DNA of 64,000 bases from NCBI GenBank assembly GCA_964016885.1, contig CAXHJY010001289.1, positions 23,388 to 87,387 on the forward strand. Direction: 5' to 3'. This DNA comes from Eledone cirrhosa. Its lineage: Eukaryota. A program made the position numbers and the translations under genes. This document shows positions 50,337 through 63,520 of this stretch, piece after piece. Numbering within the stretch: position 1 is the first letter of the stretch; every line of letters starts with the position of its first letter. The notes beneath the pieces are model-generated. The model was not told where the DNA came from. It was given only the letters and a program-made list of their open reading frames with translations, and did no database searches.

Positions 50337-50642
50337 AATATCAATGATATTAAATAAATGGGAACTATATTTATAAAACCATATTTATTCTATTATATAT
50401 ATTTCAAGGTTACCAACACTTTGGTACGCACTCATCAGTCAAAATAAAAAGTTTGTATTATAAATGAAAAGCTTGAACCGCTAAGAACTTCTTCCTGGAT
50501 ATGTCAATATTTATAAAACAAACTTTGTATTTTGTTTGATGAGCGCGTACCAAAGTTTTGGTACCCTTGAAATATATATAATAGAATAAGTATGGTATAG
50601 TTTTATAAATATAGTTTCCATTTAGTTAATATCATTGATATA
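50337..50642. mobile_element. Inverted repeat (~130-bp arms) with candidate hammerheads at 50386-50446 (-) and 50528-50588 (+)
   Basis: tattttg(a/t)-(C/T)TGATGA-g..gtaccaa..ttggta..-GAAA TATATA TA-atagaata. Confidence 0.6.
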
Positions 50643-50654
50643 TATATATAAACT

Positions 50655-51138
50655 GAAAAAAATTAAACGAAATTTCATTTCCCTCTCTTAGTACGGCTGT
50701 TACTTAAATATAAGTATATACACGTACATACATATATGTATACAGACGTATAGTAGTATATATATATATATATACATACATGCACACATATATATATATG
50801 TACGTATGGATACATATATTATGCATATTAACTCAGCCGTTAATTTGCATAAGTTAAGTATATACGTTCAACAATCTGGCAGGAAGGTATACGTTGTTGA
50901 CGATAGCTAATAAGCTTGAAACTAGTACAGCGTTCCTTTGTCAGTGTTGAACAAACGAGCAACGATGGTTGCTAGACACTACGGCTTAATATGGGATGTT
51001 TGTTTACAAACACACCGAGCATTATAATAAATGTTCGGTGAATCCATACGTACATATATATATATGTGTGCATGTATGTATATATATATATACATACTAC
51101 TGTACGTCTGTATACATATATGTATGTACGTGTACATA

Positions 51139-51145
<7 letters not shown>
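50655..51145 (+). mobile_element. Partial 428-nt hammerhead unit (family D) with inverted left segment
   Basis: 50832-51143 is homologous to 62431-62750; 50655-50810 is an inverted copy of the unit's 3' part. Confidence 0.8.
50891..50933 (+). ncRNA. Type-I hammerhead (C3U variant)
   Basis: acgttg-TTGACGA-tagc taataa gctt-GAAAC TA GTA-cagcgt. Confidence 0.75.
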
Positions 51146-51183
<38 letters not shown>

Positions 51184-51485
51184 TTACGAAATTGTTGAAA
51201 TTATGAGGGTGCATACACACTTCTAGAATAATTGTCTGTTGGACTGTAATGATAGGTTGGTATATCTGCTGGTCATCATCATTATATTCATCATCAACAT
51301 CCTCGACTTCATCGCTTTCTTAATTTCTTCATCATTATCTCTGCTATTAATTCAAGGAAAACCTATACTACGTCTGCAAGGGGAAGATAATTATTTAAAA
51401 TCCAAAGCAAATAGTTCCTACACATTCAACCGCACAAACACAAACACACACACACAAACACACACGCACAAACACAAACGCACAA

Positions 51486-51564
<79 letters not shown>

Positions 51565-52050
51565 ATATACATATATATATGCATATATGTATATATATAC
51601 TTTCACACACACACACATATATATTCGTATGGGTGTGTGTCCACATCTGTCAGGAAGTTAAGATTCAATAGATATTAAAAATAACAAGAAATACAATAAG
51701 GACAATTATCTGCCTGCAGGCACAGACAAGAACTAATGAAGAACTAAAACAAAGACAATATTATATTCATATTCAACACATCGATCATCAATAGTACCAT
51801 TTTGACAAATTGACAATATCTTACCCAAGTATCATATCTTATTCATTATTTTTTTTGTTCATATTTTTCTAGTCCGTCACTTAATTAACTTGTGTAGATG
51901 GGAACTTCATTTTATAGCCTGTAACTCTTAGTGTGGATACTAATGAAACTTCACCACACAAAAGCCTCCGAACAAACAAACAATACAATAAAACGACAGC
52001 GATACAAGAAAATACAATACATTGACAAAGATACAAACCGTTGTTTGGTG

Positions 52051-52174
52051 ATACTACTACTACTACTACTACTACTACTGCCACTACTACTACTACTGCT
52101 GCTGCTGCTACTACTACTACTATTACTACTACTGCTACTACTACTACTACTGCCACTACTACTACTACTACTAA

Positions 52175-52208
<34 letters not shown>

Positions 52209-52270
52209 ACTACTACTACTACTACTACTGCTGCTACTACCACATCTATATTAATATCGCTACTACTACT
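52051..52270. repeat. (CTA)n/(CTG)n trinucleotide microsatellite
   Basis: Direct inspection. Confidence 0.95.
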
Positions 52271-52550
52271 ATCAATATCATGTATGTATGAATATATGCA
52301 TGCAGGGATAAATATCTATCGACATCGATCTATATATATTGTTATACTTGGGGAGGGTTATATGGTTATAATATTGCCAGAAATAATAATAAGATGCACT
52401 CACTTTTTGGATGGGATTGGTCTTCGCTTATGTATATTTTATATCCCCATAGAAAATATAACTGGCAATGGCAATACATGTTTATCATTGATTGATCAAC
52501 GGATAAAAATACAGATATATATATATATAAACACACACACGCACACACAT

Positions 52551-52667
<117 letters not shown>

Positions 52668-52712
52668 TAAACAAATAATGAACAAACAATTCCTTATATT
52701 AAACAAAAAAAG

Positions 52713-52867
52713 TTCACTATTTAACGATCGTTTCTAGGGCATATATGTGCTATAATTGGTATGCATATTTAACAGATCTATGTACAAAATTATACAAAAT
52801 TATACAAATTATCAAGATTAAATATACATACCTAACTCATATATACGCCGTCTTCAGAAATAATGAA
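52713..52867 (-). ncRNA. Long-helix-II hammerhead (inverted copy)
   Basis: Reverse complement of 57748-57902. Confidence 0.75.
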
Positions 52868-52875
52868 GTATATTC

Positions 52876-54525
52876 CTGAACAAAGCATTAATATTTGCTA
52901 AAAATAGATCTAATTTAACTTCGGATGACATTAACATTATTACACATGCTAGACAAACACTTATTGAATTTCAGAATGAATACTGGACCAGAAACACTTA
53001 TAGTAATCTTTTTGATATTACTATGGGTTCAAGCGATTCTGCCCAAATTACTGATCTTGTGGGCCTCTTTCTCCTTTTCAACATAAATGCCTCTTTTCCC
53101 CACCTCAAAGGTGGTTTATATCGTGATGACTGTCTTCTTCTTTCTAACAACCTTAGCCTTTCAGAAATCGAAAAAAACAAAAAGCATATTAGAACTTTCC
53201 TTAAGGACTATTATAATCTTAATATTACTTTTGAAAAAACAAGTAAAGTAGTAAATTTCCTAGATATAACTTTAGATTTAGCTACGGGTATATACCAACC
53301 TTACCATAAACCTAACCAAAACTTACATTACATACACTCACAATCTAATCACCCTAAATCTATCCTTAAAAACCTTGCATATAATATATCACTTAGAATT
53401 TCTAACCTTTCTTCTAACCAAGATGTATTTGATAAAAATGCGACCTTTTATAATGAAGCTCTAGATAGAAGTGGCCACAAAAATAGATTAGAGTATATAA
53501 CTTCTACTAAAAATACTGAAAACATACAGCATAATATTACCAACAAACACCAAATGAAAGGTACACACCTAAATGCCACCCACAGTATACCCCAAAATAC
53601 TAAATCTTCTAATATAAAGTATAGTAACCCTCAAAAAACTACTCATCATAAGACTATAATAAATATTAATAATAAAACTCCTAATAAAAAAGATAAAACA
53701 CCTAAATCTACAAATATAACTAAAAATAGTTGTGGTGAGATCATTAACATTATTCCTCCTAGTAAAAATCATGATACAACATATAAAAATAATAAAAATA
53801 ATAAACAACATAGAAACCGTAATAGACGAGTTACTTGGTATAATGCTCCTTTTAATTTACAAGTTAAGGATAATATTGCTAAAAAATTTTTTTATATCCT
53901 TGAGAAAAACTTCCCGCCAAACCACAAATACCATCAAATCTTAAATAGGTCTACAGTTAAATTCTCATATTCTACAACAAATAACATAAAACAAAATATA
54001 AGTGCATATAATGCATATAAATGTAAGAAAACTATAAGTATACCACCAGTACATCAAATTAACAATAATATCTCCTCAAATACAGAATTAACGAAAGGAT
54101 GTAACTGTAGAAACAAAACAAACTGCCCATTAAAAGGGAATTGTCTTGTTAACAACATAGTCTATAAATGTAATGTTAAAACTAAAGATTCTATTTGCTC
54201 ATATATAGGAGCTACCTCTAACAATTTTAAGACAAGGTATAATACCCACAAACATAGCTTTAAAAATGCTGCACTGGCTAATACAACATCTCTAGCAGAA
54301 AAAATCAATAGTTATAAAAATAAAAATATAAAATATGATTTGACCTGGAGTGTGCTCAAAAGAGCCACCCCTTATCAAAATAATAGAAAGGAATGTAGAT
54401 TATGTTCCCAAGAACTATTTGAAATAATGAAGTCTAGGGATATCTTATTAAATAAAAGACAGGAATTAATTATATCGTGTAATCATAAACTAAAAAAAAC
54501 ATTTAAATATTATAAACCTAATTAA
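52876..54525 (+). CDS. PLE reverse transcriptase (C-terminal half) + GIY-YIG endonuclease, 5'-truncated
   Basis: Frame is open from the inversion junction: FDITMGSSDSA, LYRDD, VNFLDITL, SNHP, VTWYNAPF, CNCRNKTNCPLKGNC, NIVY..SYIG, CRLC..SCNH. Confidence 0.92.
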   Translation: MNKALIFAKNRSNLTSDDINIITHARQTLIEFQNEYWTRNTYSNLFDITMGSSDSAQITDLVGLFLLFNINASFPHLKGGLYRDDCLLLSNNLSLSEIEKNKKHIRTFLKDYYNLNITFEKTSKVVNFLDITLDLATGIYQPYHKPNQNLHYIHSQSNHPKSILKNLAYNISLRISNLSSNQDVFDKNATFYNEALDRSGHKNRLEYITSTKNTENIQHNITNKHQMKGTHLNATHSIPQNTKSSNIKYSNPQKTTHHKTIININNKTPNKKDKTPKSTNITKNSCGEIINIIPPSKNHDTTYKNNKNNKQHRNRNRRVTWYNAPFNLQVKDNIAKKFFYILEKNFPPNHKYHQILNRSTVKFSYSTTNNIKQNISAYNAYKCKKTISIPPVHQINNNISSNTELTKGCNCRNKTNCPLKGNCLVNNIVYKCNVKTKDSICSYIGATSNNFKTRYNTHKHSFKNAALANTTSLAEKINSYKNKNIKYDLTWSVLKRATPYQNNRKECRLCSQELFEIMKSRDILLNKRQELIISCNHKLKKTFKYYKPN

Positions 54526-55034
54526 TAACATTATTCTAGAATTTAATTTAATTTAAATGTTAGTTAACCTATAAATTTAATTTAATTAATATTTTATTAC
54601 AGATGAGAAAATATTATGTAATCATTAATTTTGAAAAACCTTTAAATATTACTAATATATATTCAGTATTTTAATTTATAGATTAATTTTAACTTATTTT
54701 AACCTTTTATTATAATTTTTTAATTTAGTTTAACCTTTTATTATAAAATTTTTTTTATTATAATTCTTTTACAGATAAAATATAACAAAATAATATCATG
54801 TATCCTATGACGGAGAAAGAATTTTTAGTATTATTGACCTAATTAATATACATTTTGGAAATATATTTATTATTTGGTTTTAGCTTTAATCAACCTAAAA
54901 CTTTAATTTTAATTTTAATTTGCTTAAAATTAGTATCCTTGTACAGACGAATTGCAGAATTTCATGTAATCATAGAATGGGAGGTGTTTTTGGATATATA
55001 CCTAGTTAATATATTCTGTGCAAATTTTTTGAAA

Positions 55035-56337
55035 AAGATATGTATATCTATATGTATATGTATATGTGTGTATTGTATGTGTATCTGTATGTATATTTAT
55101 GTGACTATATATGTATGTATGTGTGTATATATATGTATATATATATATATATATGTGTATGTATATGTATATGTATGTGTATGTGTATGTATATGTATGT
55201 GTATGCGTATTAATTTTGATTTTTATTTGCATATAATTATATTATGCTATTGATGAAATACAATATCTGCTTTATGTATTGTATACCTAATTAACATATA
55301 CTAATTAACATATACTATTGAAATAAATATATAATTTTTAACTTAGTTTACATATAATTTATATGCTACTACCGATGTAATACTTTATTTTATTTTTATT
55401 TGGGTTTCTTTTCCCTATTATTAACTTTAATTTAGTTATAATGTAATTAATAATCTACTACTGTTTGACTTCATAATTCTGCTTTAAATATTATAAACCT
55501 AACTAATTTACACCTTGGAAATCAATATGTTGACTATCTTTGGTTTAGTTGACATATGATTAATGGTATACTTTTTTATTTTGTGATGCATAGATTTCGT
55601 ATTTCCTAGCATTGAAAATATGTAAGAACATACATTGAATTAAGATATGGAAAATATTATAAGTTTCTTGAAACATATATTTACTTTGATCCCCTTCTCC
55701 AAACCCCCCCCTTTCCCCCATACTATTATCATCTGTTTTTGTAAGTGTATATGTATGAATATATGGGTAGATGGGTGTCTATATAGTTTTTTTGGTATTT
55801 ATTTCTAGATATAAAAATACATATATGAGCATGTAAATATGAATGTAAGATTGAGTGTGTATATATGATTGTACATACATATGTATGTATATGTATGTAT
55901 ATATATGTATTATATATGTACGTGTATGTGAATGTGTGGTATATATATGTGTAGGTATATGTATATATGTGTGCGTATGTGTATGCTTGTATATAGGAAT
56001 ATATATGTGTGTATATATGTATATATGTATATGCGTGTTTGCATGTATGTGTATATGGGTTCTGTATATATTTGTATGTCTCTCTATTTATATGTTTATC
56101 TTCGTATCTATGTGATATATGTGTGTGTGTGTGCATGTATGCATATGTATGTGTTTGTGTGTGTTTGTATGTGTGTGGTTATATATATGTATGTATTTGC
56201 GCACACTCACATACACATATATATATATATATATATATATATGTGAGTGTGTATGTGTGTCTGTATGTGTGTGCGTGTGTATATATGTGTATATATATAT
56301 ATATGTGTATGTATGTGTATGTGTGTGTATATAGATA

Positions 56338-56374
<37 letters not shown>

Positions 56375-56513
56375 ATATAGGTGTCTATGTGTGAATATAT
56401 GTCTTTATTCGTATGTGTGTATTTATATATGTTTATATTTAGGTGTATGTATGTATGTGTATGTATGTATGTATATGTATGTGTATGTATGTATATGTGT
56501 ATATGTGTGTATA

Positions 56514-56544
<31 letters not shown>

Positions 56545-56767
56545 TATTCTTTATTATTATTGTAATATAACTTATGTGTATATGTGTATAAGTGAGGTTG
56601 TGTATGTATATATACTACGTGTATATATAAGGGTAATGAAATGTATATATATATATATATATATATATATGTGCATGTCTGTATTTTATGTGTGTGTGTA
56701 TATATATATATATGTGTATGTGTGTATATGTGTATGTATATATGCATATATGTGTACGTGTGTGTAT

Positions 56768-56819
<52 letters not shown>

Positions 56820-56929
56820 GGATGTTTGTATGTGTTTTCATGGTGGTATGAGTGTGTGATATATATGTTTATGTATAAGTATATGTATGTGTATGTATAT
56901 ATATATGAGTCTATGTGTGTGTGTGTATA

Positions 56930-56980
<51 letters not shown>

Positions 56981-57170
56981 ATGTGTGTATGTGTTGCGCG
57001 TGTGTGTGTCCGTATTTTTATCTTTTTATATGTGTATGTGTATGTTCGTGTAAATGTATGTGTGTGTATGACAGTATAGGTATGTGTGTATGTATGTATG
57101 TGTAGATATCTCTATGTGCGCGTACATGTACGTATGTGTATGTATATCTGTATGCGTATGTACATTATAT
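55035..57170. repeat. Mosaic (TG)/(TA) microsatellite within the PLE 3' region
   Basis: Lies between the ORF stop and the pLTR. Confidence 0.85.
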
Positions 57171-57747
57171 TATGTAATATATTTTATTGTTTTTATTTTT
57201 TTATTTTTCATAATTTATAGATACATTTATATTAGGCTGTCTGGTCTGACAACCTAATACTGACCCCTCCCCCCCCCTCCCACCTAATTTCTGTATCTTG
57301 ATCTTGAAATGTGTGTACCAGTGTGTTTATGTGAGTGACTTAATTTCTATTTGCTTATGATTTTATATCCACATATATAAATGTGAGTGAGGGGTGTGTG
57401 TGTGTTTGTGTGTTCGTGGTTATGTGTATATTTATATATATACGCACATGTATGTGTGATTATACTGATATGTGTGAGTATGAAAAAAATATATTTATAT
57501 GCTTGACTACATAAGTATCATTGCGTATCTTATCAGCGCATTAAGCTTACAGAGATATTAACCTTGAAATTTTTTATTTGCATCCATCTTTTTAGTATGC
57601 ACATACATATTTTACACACATTATTGTAAAATGTGTGTAGGGTTTTACATGTATATACACACACCAAACTGCTTTTTAACCCTTTGTGTTTTCATTGGTC
57701 AATTTTGAACTGATATTTTGAATTGTTGTTATTATCAATAAATATAC

Positions 57748-57902
57748 TTCATTATTTCTGAAGACGGCGTATATATGAGTTAGGTATGTATATTTAATCT
57801 TGATAATTTGTATAATTTTGTATAATTTTGTACATAGATCTGTTAAATATGCATACCAATTATAGCACATATATGCCCTAGAAACGATCGTTAAATAGTG
57901 AA
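57748..57902 (+). ncRNA. Type-I hammerhead with a 116-nt helix II domain
   Basis: ttcattattt-CTGAAGA-[57765-57880 hairpin]-GAAAC GATC GTT-aaatagtgaa. Confidence 0.78.
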
Positions 57903-58090
57903 CTTTTTTTGTTTAATATAAGGAATTGTTTGTTCATTATTTGTTTAATATTTTATCTTGACTCTGTATACCGTTTATCTTTCACCGAAATTGGATTTTC
58001 ATTACATCTCTTCTTTCCATGATATCCGGAATACATTGAGTTCTTCATACGGATTGGATACTACCGTAAACTCTTGGTAGATTTATCTAC

Positions 58091-58124
<34 letters not shown>

Positions 58125-58443
58125 AGACTGAATAATATATATATATATAGACTGAATAAAAAATGGCGTAGGCATACAACACAACAGGAGGAACAATGAA
58201 TATAACACCACTGACGATGTTGCAGATGTGCAACGAAAGATTTATGTAAATTATGTAAACTATATATATATATATGTGTTTGTGTCTATATTGTATCTGT
58301 CTTATTTTTGACCGCCGGTCAGTCAATGGCAACATTCAGGACCGAGTAAGTTAGATCGCAGATATAATAAAAGAAAGCGAGAAGCGAAAACCAACCAAAC
58401 AGTGAGTGTGTTCTGTTATTAATTCTGGCAATATTACGCAAAT

Positions 58444-58785
<342 letters not shown>

Positions 58786-58999
58786 CTAGAAGTAGCTTGA
58801 CACATATATATATAAAATAAACACATGAAACAATCTCAGGGAATAGTTTGTAAAATGTTTAAGCAAACATAGCTAGGTAGCTAACTAACTAAATTAAAGT
58901 TTAATTAGAACTTCAAATATAGATATATTTTAAAATGATTAATCTCCTTTGTATATATCTCTTTAAATAAAAAATATATTTCACCACTAACCAGTAAAT

Positions 59000-59044
<45 letters not shown>

Positions 59045-59191
59045 TATTTTCCGTAGTGTTGTAATATAAATATTACACACAGTAGATGGACAGCTCACGT
59101 AGAGTTTGCTCGACGGTTCCAGTTGTAGTTCCAAAAGTAATCCGGAGAAAAATAGAAGGATTTAAATGGATACAGTTTAGTTAAAAGGAAT

Positions 59192-59312
59192 TTATTGACA
59201 CCTGTTTCTATAACAGTTACATAACCGGAAAACAGCTGCTATCTACAAAGTATTAGTTATGCAGACATTCAATATTTCAATGTTATTATCAACTGTCATT
59301 TCATCGGAATAA
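59192..59312 (-). ncRNA. Candidate long-helix-II hammerhead (U4C core variant)
   Basis: Minus strand: ttatt-CCGATGA-a atgacagtt...aactgttat a-GAAAC AGGT GTC-aataa; lies downstream of the minus-strand PLE ORF. Confidence 0.65.
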
Positions 59313-59833
59313 TTTTACTGAGGACCTGTTTGTTTTTTATAGAGAATATTAGGGGGGAGGGGTGAAGTTGTTAGAAGAATAGTTGAGGGAGTGTTTTTTT
59401 GATAGCAGTGAGAACTTTTGGTGGCAGCAGGTAATTAGATTCCCATCTGTTGTTTTGACATTTTTATAGAATATATTATTGGTTATTTTTCTAAATCTAT
59501 AGAAGGATTAGTGATAGTATAGATATGCGTGGTTGGTTTTGTGTTTGCACTTAATTAACATTCATACTTAAATTTTTCTTTCAAGTGTACGTATCTTTTC
59601 GCCCACGCATTCACACACAAACATATATGCACACCTCTACAAAATACATATACTCACATTCACATACTTACATGCTCATACTTACATACATATACACATG
59701 CATACACATATATATACACACATATATACATGTACATACATACGCGTTCATGTGTATACATTTTCATACTCAACTTATCTTTATATACACACGTATAGAC
59801 ACACACATATATACATACATACATACTCCAGTC

Positions 59834-59865
<32 letters not shown>

Positions 59866-60143
59866 AGCACTTTAATACATGAATACACTTACATCTAACT
59901 ATACACATAAAACATATATATATATTTACATATTTATATACATTTTCACATATATATACATACTTATGGTCGCTTTTAGACACATTCATTATAGCATATT
60001 TGCACCTATTCTCATCAGCATATCTTTCCATTATTAGTGTGGTAATTTAAGGTTATTAATATACATATATATGTTGAGAAGAGATTGTTTTTATATTTTT
60101 CTAACTAGATTGAGGTTTATATAGTTGGGGGGATGTCCCTCTT

Positions 60144-60990
60144 TTATGTATTATTCAGCTTGTAGTGGGAAAAAAGGGTTTTAGTTCGGTGACAGCAGAA
60201 TAATGTTCGTTCAATTCTGTTATTCAGCAATTTCTTCTTGTGTGTGATTATGTAATAAATCTCAAGATTACACAATTTGCAGAAATTTTGGCTCCTGGAA
60301 AAGCTTTGGGTTTTAGCTAATTTCTCCCATTTTAGGGTAAACTTTTGATCGCTATCCCTGAGCGTCCAAGCTTTTTCTGCTAAAGTTGTTACATTTCTTT
60401 GGCTCTGGTGTTTTATTGAGTAAGAATGCCTATATAATCGAGATTTAAACGATGTTGCCGTTGATCCCACGTAATACCACTCGTTGCCTCCGGATTTAAT
60501 GGTACAATTATAAATAATTTTTTTTTCCAGGCAGTTATTGCCGAGGGGGCAGTTGTCAGAATAGGTGCAGTTACAGTTGTGTACGTTGGGTTTTCTCTGG
60601 AGTAGTATTGCGGACGAACTTAGGTGTGGTTTATTTATGTTCTGTAGTGTATTGTCTACTGTTTTTTTTGTGTTCTTTGTACTTAAGTTTTTAGTGTTTT
60701 CGTTTAACCTTCTAGTATTGATCTTTTTTATGTGTTGTTCAAGGTTTAACGCTGTAGAGTATGACAGTCTTATAGTGGTAGGGTTTAGGATTTTGTGGTA
60801 TTTGTGTGATGTAGGAAAATGTCTCTTAATTATTTTAAAGAAGAGTACTGGTAAATTTGTACTAATGGAACTATTGTATTCGGGGTTATACCATAAGTAC
60901 TCTTTGCATAGGTAAGTATATATTACCCGTATGTTTTGTGAAGGTATGTATACCTTCTCGTACGTATATTTGACTGTTATAGCGTATAAT
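60144..60990 (-). mobile_element. PLE linker + GIY-YIG coding fragment
   Basis: Frame extends upstream of the listed ORF: YLWYNPEY..HKYHKILN..LSYS..CNCTYSDNCPLGNNC..IIY..YYVG..CKLC..CCH. Confidence 0.85.
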
Positions 60991-61414
60991 CTTTACATAT
61001 TCTGGTATTTAGGGTTTGGCTATGTGTATACGGGAGTTTTGCGTCCGCGTGAGTGTGCAGGTTCGTACGTATGGTGGGTGTGTGTATATGTGTACTTCTT
61101 GTTTTAGTTGACTTACGTCTCCGAACATTCGTGTATTTATATGTAGGTATGCGTGTGCGCTTGTTATATACGTATTTATTTACTTATATACGTTTATATA
61201 ATTATTTATTTATTTGTACACAAGCATACACACACACACACATATTTATATGTGCGTGGTTTTGTATACCCATGGTAAGGTTTTGCGTATGCTTGTGTAT
61301 GTACGTATCTGTTTGCGTGTATGTATTTATTTGTTTCTATTATCTCTGTATTGTATTTATTTACTTTGTTCTTAACTCTGTAGCGGAGATTCATTTGGTC
61401 TCCTAGTTAGAATT

Positions 61415-61670
61415 TTAGTCTACGATTTCTGCTATACCATTTACGTGGTTTTGTCTTTGCGTGCTATTGTTCTCCACGGTCCACATATGACTTATTATCT
61501 TCGTTTTTTCGTTCATTGCCAGAGAACGTCTCTATGCATCACCTAAGAGAACATTAGTCTACGACTTCTTTTATATCATAAAAGTGGTTTTGTCTTTGCG
61601 CATAATTGTTTTTCACCGCTCCTATTAATGACGTATTATTCGTTTTTTCCCGTTCTTTGCCAGCGAACGA
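61415..61670. repeat. Diverged ~140-bp tandem duplication
   Basis: ttagtctacga...gtggttttgtctttgcg...ttgccag occurs twice. Confidence 0.75.
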
Positions 61671-61760
61671 AACCACGAACCAAAGTATCGTCTTCCTGTC
61701 TTCCTCCGGTTGCAACGTTTTTTGAAATATCCAGTTCTGCGTTTACAGATTGACTTTGTT

Positions 61761-61811
61761 GGTTTCAGAAGATCCCGTTAAGGGTGAAAGCAGCGATTCT
61801 TTGCTTAAACT
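61761..61811 (+). ncRNA. Candidate hammerhead (U4A variant)
   Basis: ggttt-CAGAAGA-tccc gttaa gggt-GAAAGCAG cgattct TTGCTT-aaact; outer helix acagattga/ttaatctgt. Confidence 0.6.
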
Positions 61812-61941
61812 TTAATCTGTTATTTTAATAAATATTTGCTCTACGGTTCTTATATATTTGATATATATTTTCCTTATCGAGCCCTCTTTGGATTTTAGTC
61901 TTCAATTTTATTATTATTACTATATATATATATATATATAA

Positions 61942-62100
<159 letters not shown>

Positions 62101-62182
62101 CATATATAAATATATATATATATATATATGTATATAAGTATGTATACCTACATATATATATATGTTTATATATATATGTTTA

Positions 62183-62226
<44 letters not shown>

Positions 62227-62254
62227 AGTATGTATACCTACATATATATATATG

Positions 62255-62807
62255 TATATAAGTATGTATATCTACATATATATATATGTATAAGGACGTA
62301 CAGAAGTAAGTATATATATATATACATGCATGCACACATATATATATGTACGTATGGATTCACCGAACATTTCCGTTTATCGTTTTCGGTACCCCGGCCG
62401 ATTAACTCACTCGATATGCAAATTAGGCTGCTCAGCCGTTAATATGCATAAGGAAAGTACATACATTCAGACGTTCAATCATCTGGCAGGAAGGTATACG
62501 TTGCTGACGTTAGCTAATAAGCTTGAAACTAGTACTGCGTTCCTTTGTCAGTGTTGAACAAACGAGCAACGATGGTTGCTGGACACTACGGCTTAATTCG
62601 GGATGTTTGATTACAAACACACCGGGCATTATAATAAATGTTCGGTGAATCCATACGTACATATATATATGTGTGCATCTATGTATATATATATATACAT
62701 ACTATTGTACGTCTGTATGGATATATGTATGTACGTATACATACTTATATTTAAGTAACAGCCGTACTAATAGTGAGAAATGAAATTTCGTTTCATTTTT
62801 CCGTTTA

Positions 62808-62808
<1 letters not shown>
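62255..62808 (+). mobile_element. Complete 428-nt hammerhead unit (62371-62798) with terminal redundancy and inverted left segment
   Basis: tttccgtttat at 62370 and 62798; hammerhead at 62498-62540; no genuine ORF. Confidence 0.7.
62498..62540 (+). ncRNA. Type-I hammerhead (A9U variant)
   Basis: acgttg-CTGACGT-tagc taataa gctt-GAAAC TA GTA-ctgcgt; consensus with the 50891 copy is canonical CUGACGA. Confidence 0.72.
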
Positions 62809-62887
<79 letters not shown>

Positions 62888-62911
62888 TATATATATATAT
62901 ATATATGTTTA

Positions 62912-62957
<46 letters not shown>

Positions 62958-63235
62958 TATATATATATATATATATGTTTATATATATATATGTTTATAT
63001 ATATATATATGTATATGTATATATATATATGTTTATATATATATATATGTTTATGTATATATATATGTTTATATATATATATATATGTATATATATGTTT
63101 ATATATATATATATATATATATGTACATATATGTTTATATATATATATGTTTATATATATATATATATGTTTATATATATATGTTTATATATATATGTTT
63201 ATATATATATATGTGTTTATATATATATATATGTT

Positions 63236-63266
<31 letters not shown>

Positions 63267-63453
63267 GTTTATATATATATGTATATAATTGTTTATATAT
63301 ATATACTTATATATATATGTATATATATGTTTATATTTATATATATATATATATTTATATATATGTTTATATATATATGTATATATATATATGTTTATAT
63401 ATATATGTATATATTTGTTTATATATGTTTATATATATATATATATATTTGTT

Positions 63454-63489
<36 letters not shown>

Positions 63490-63520
63490 TTTGTTTATAT
63501 ATATATATATAAATATATAT

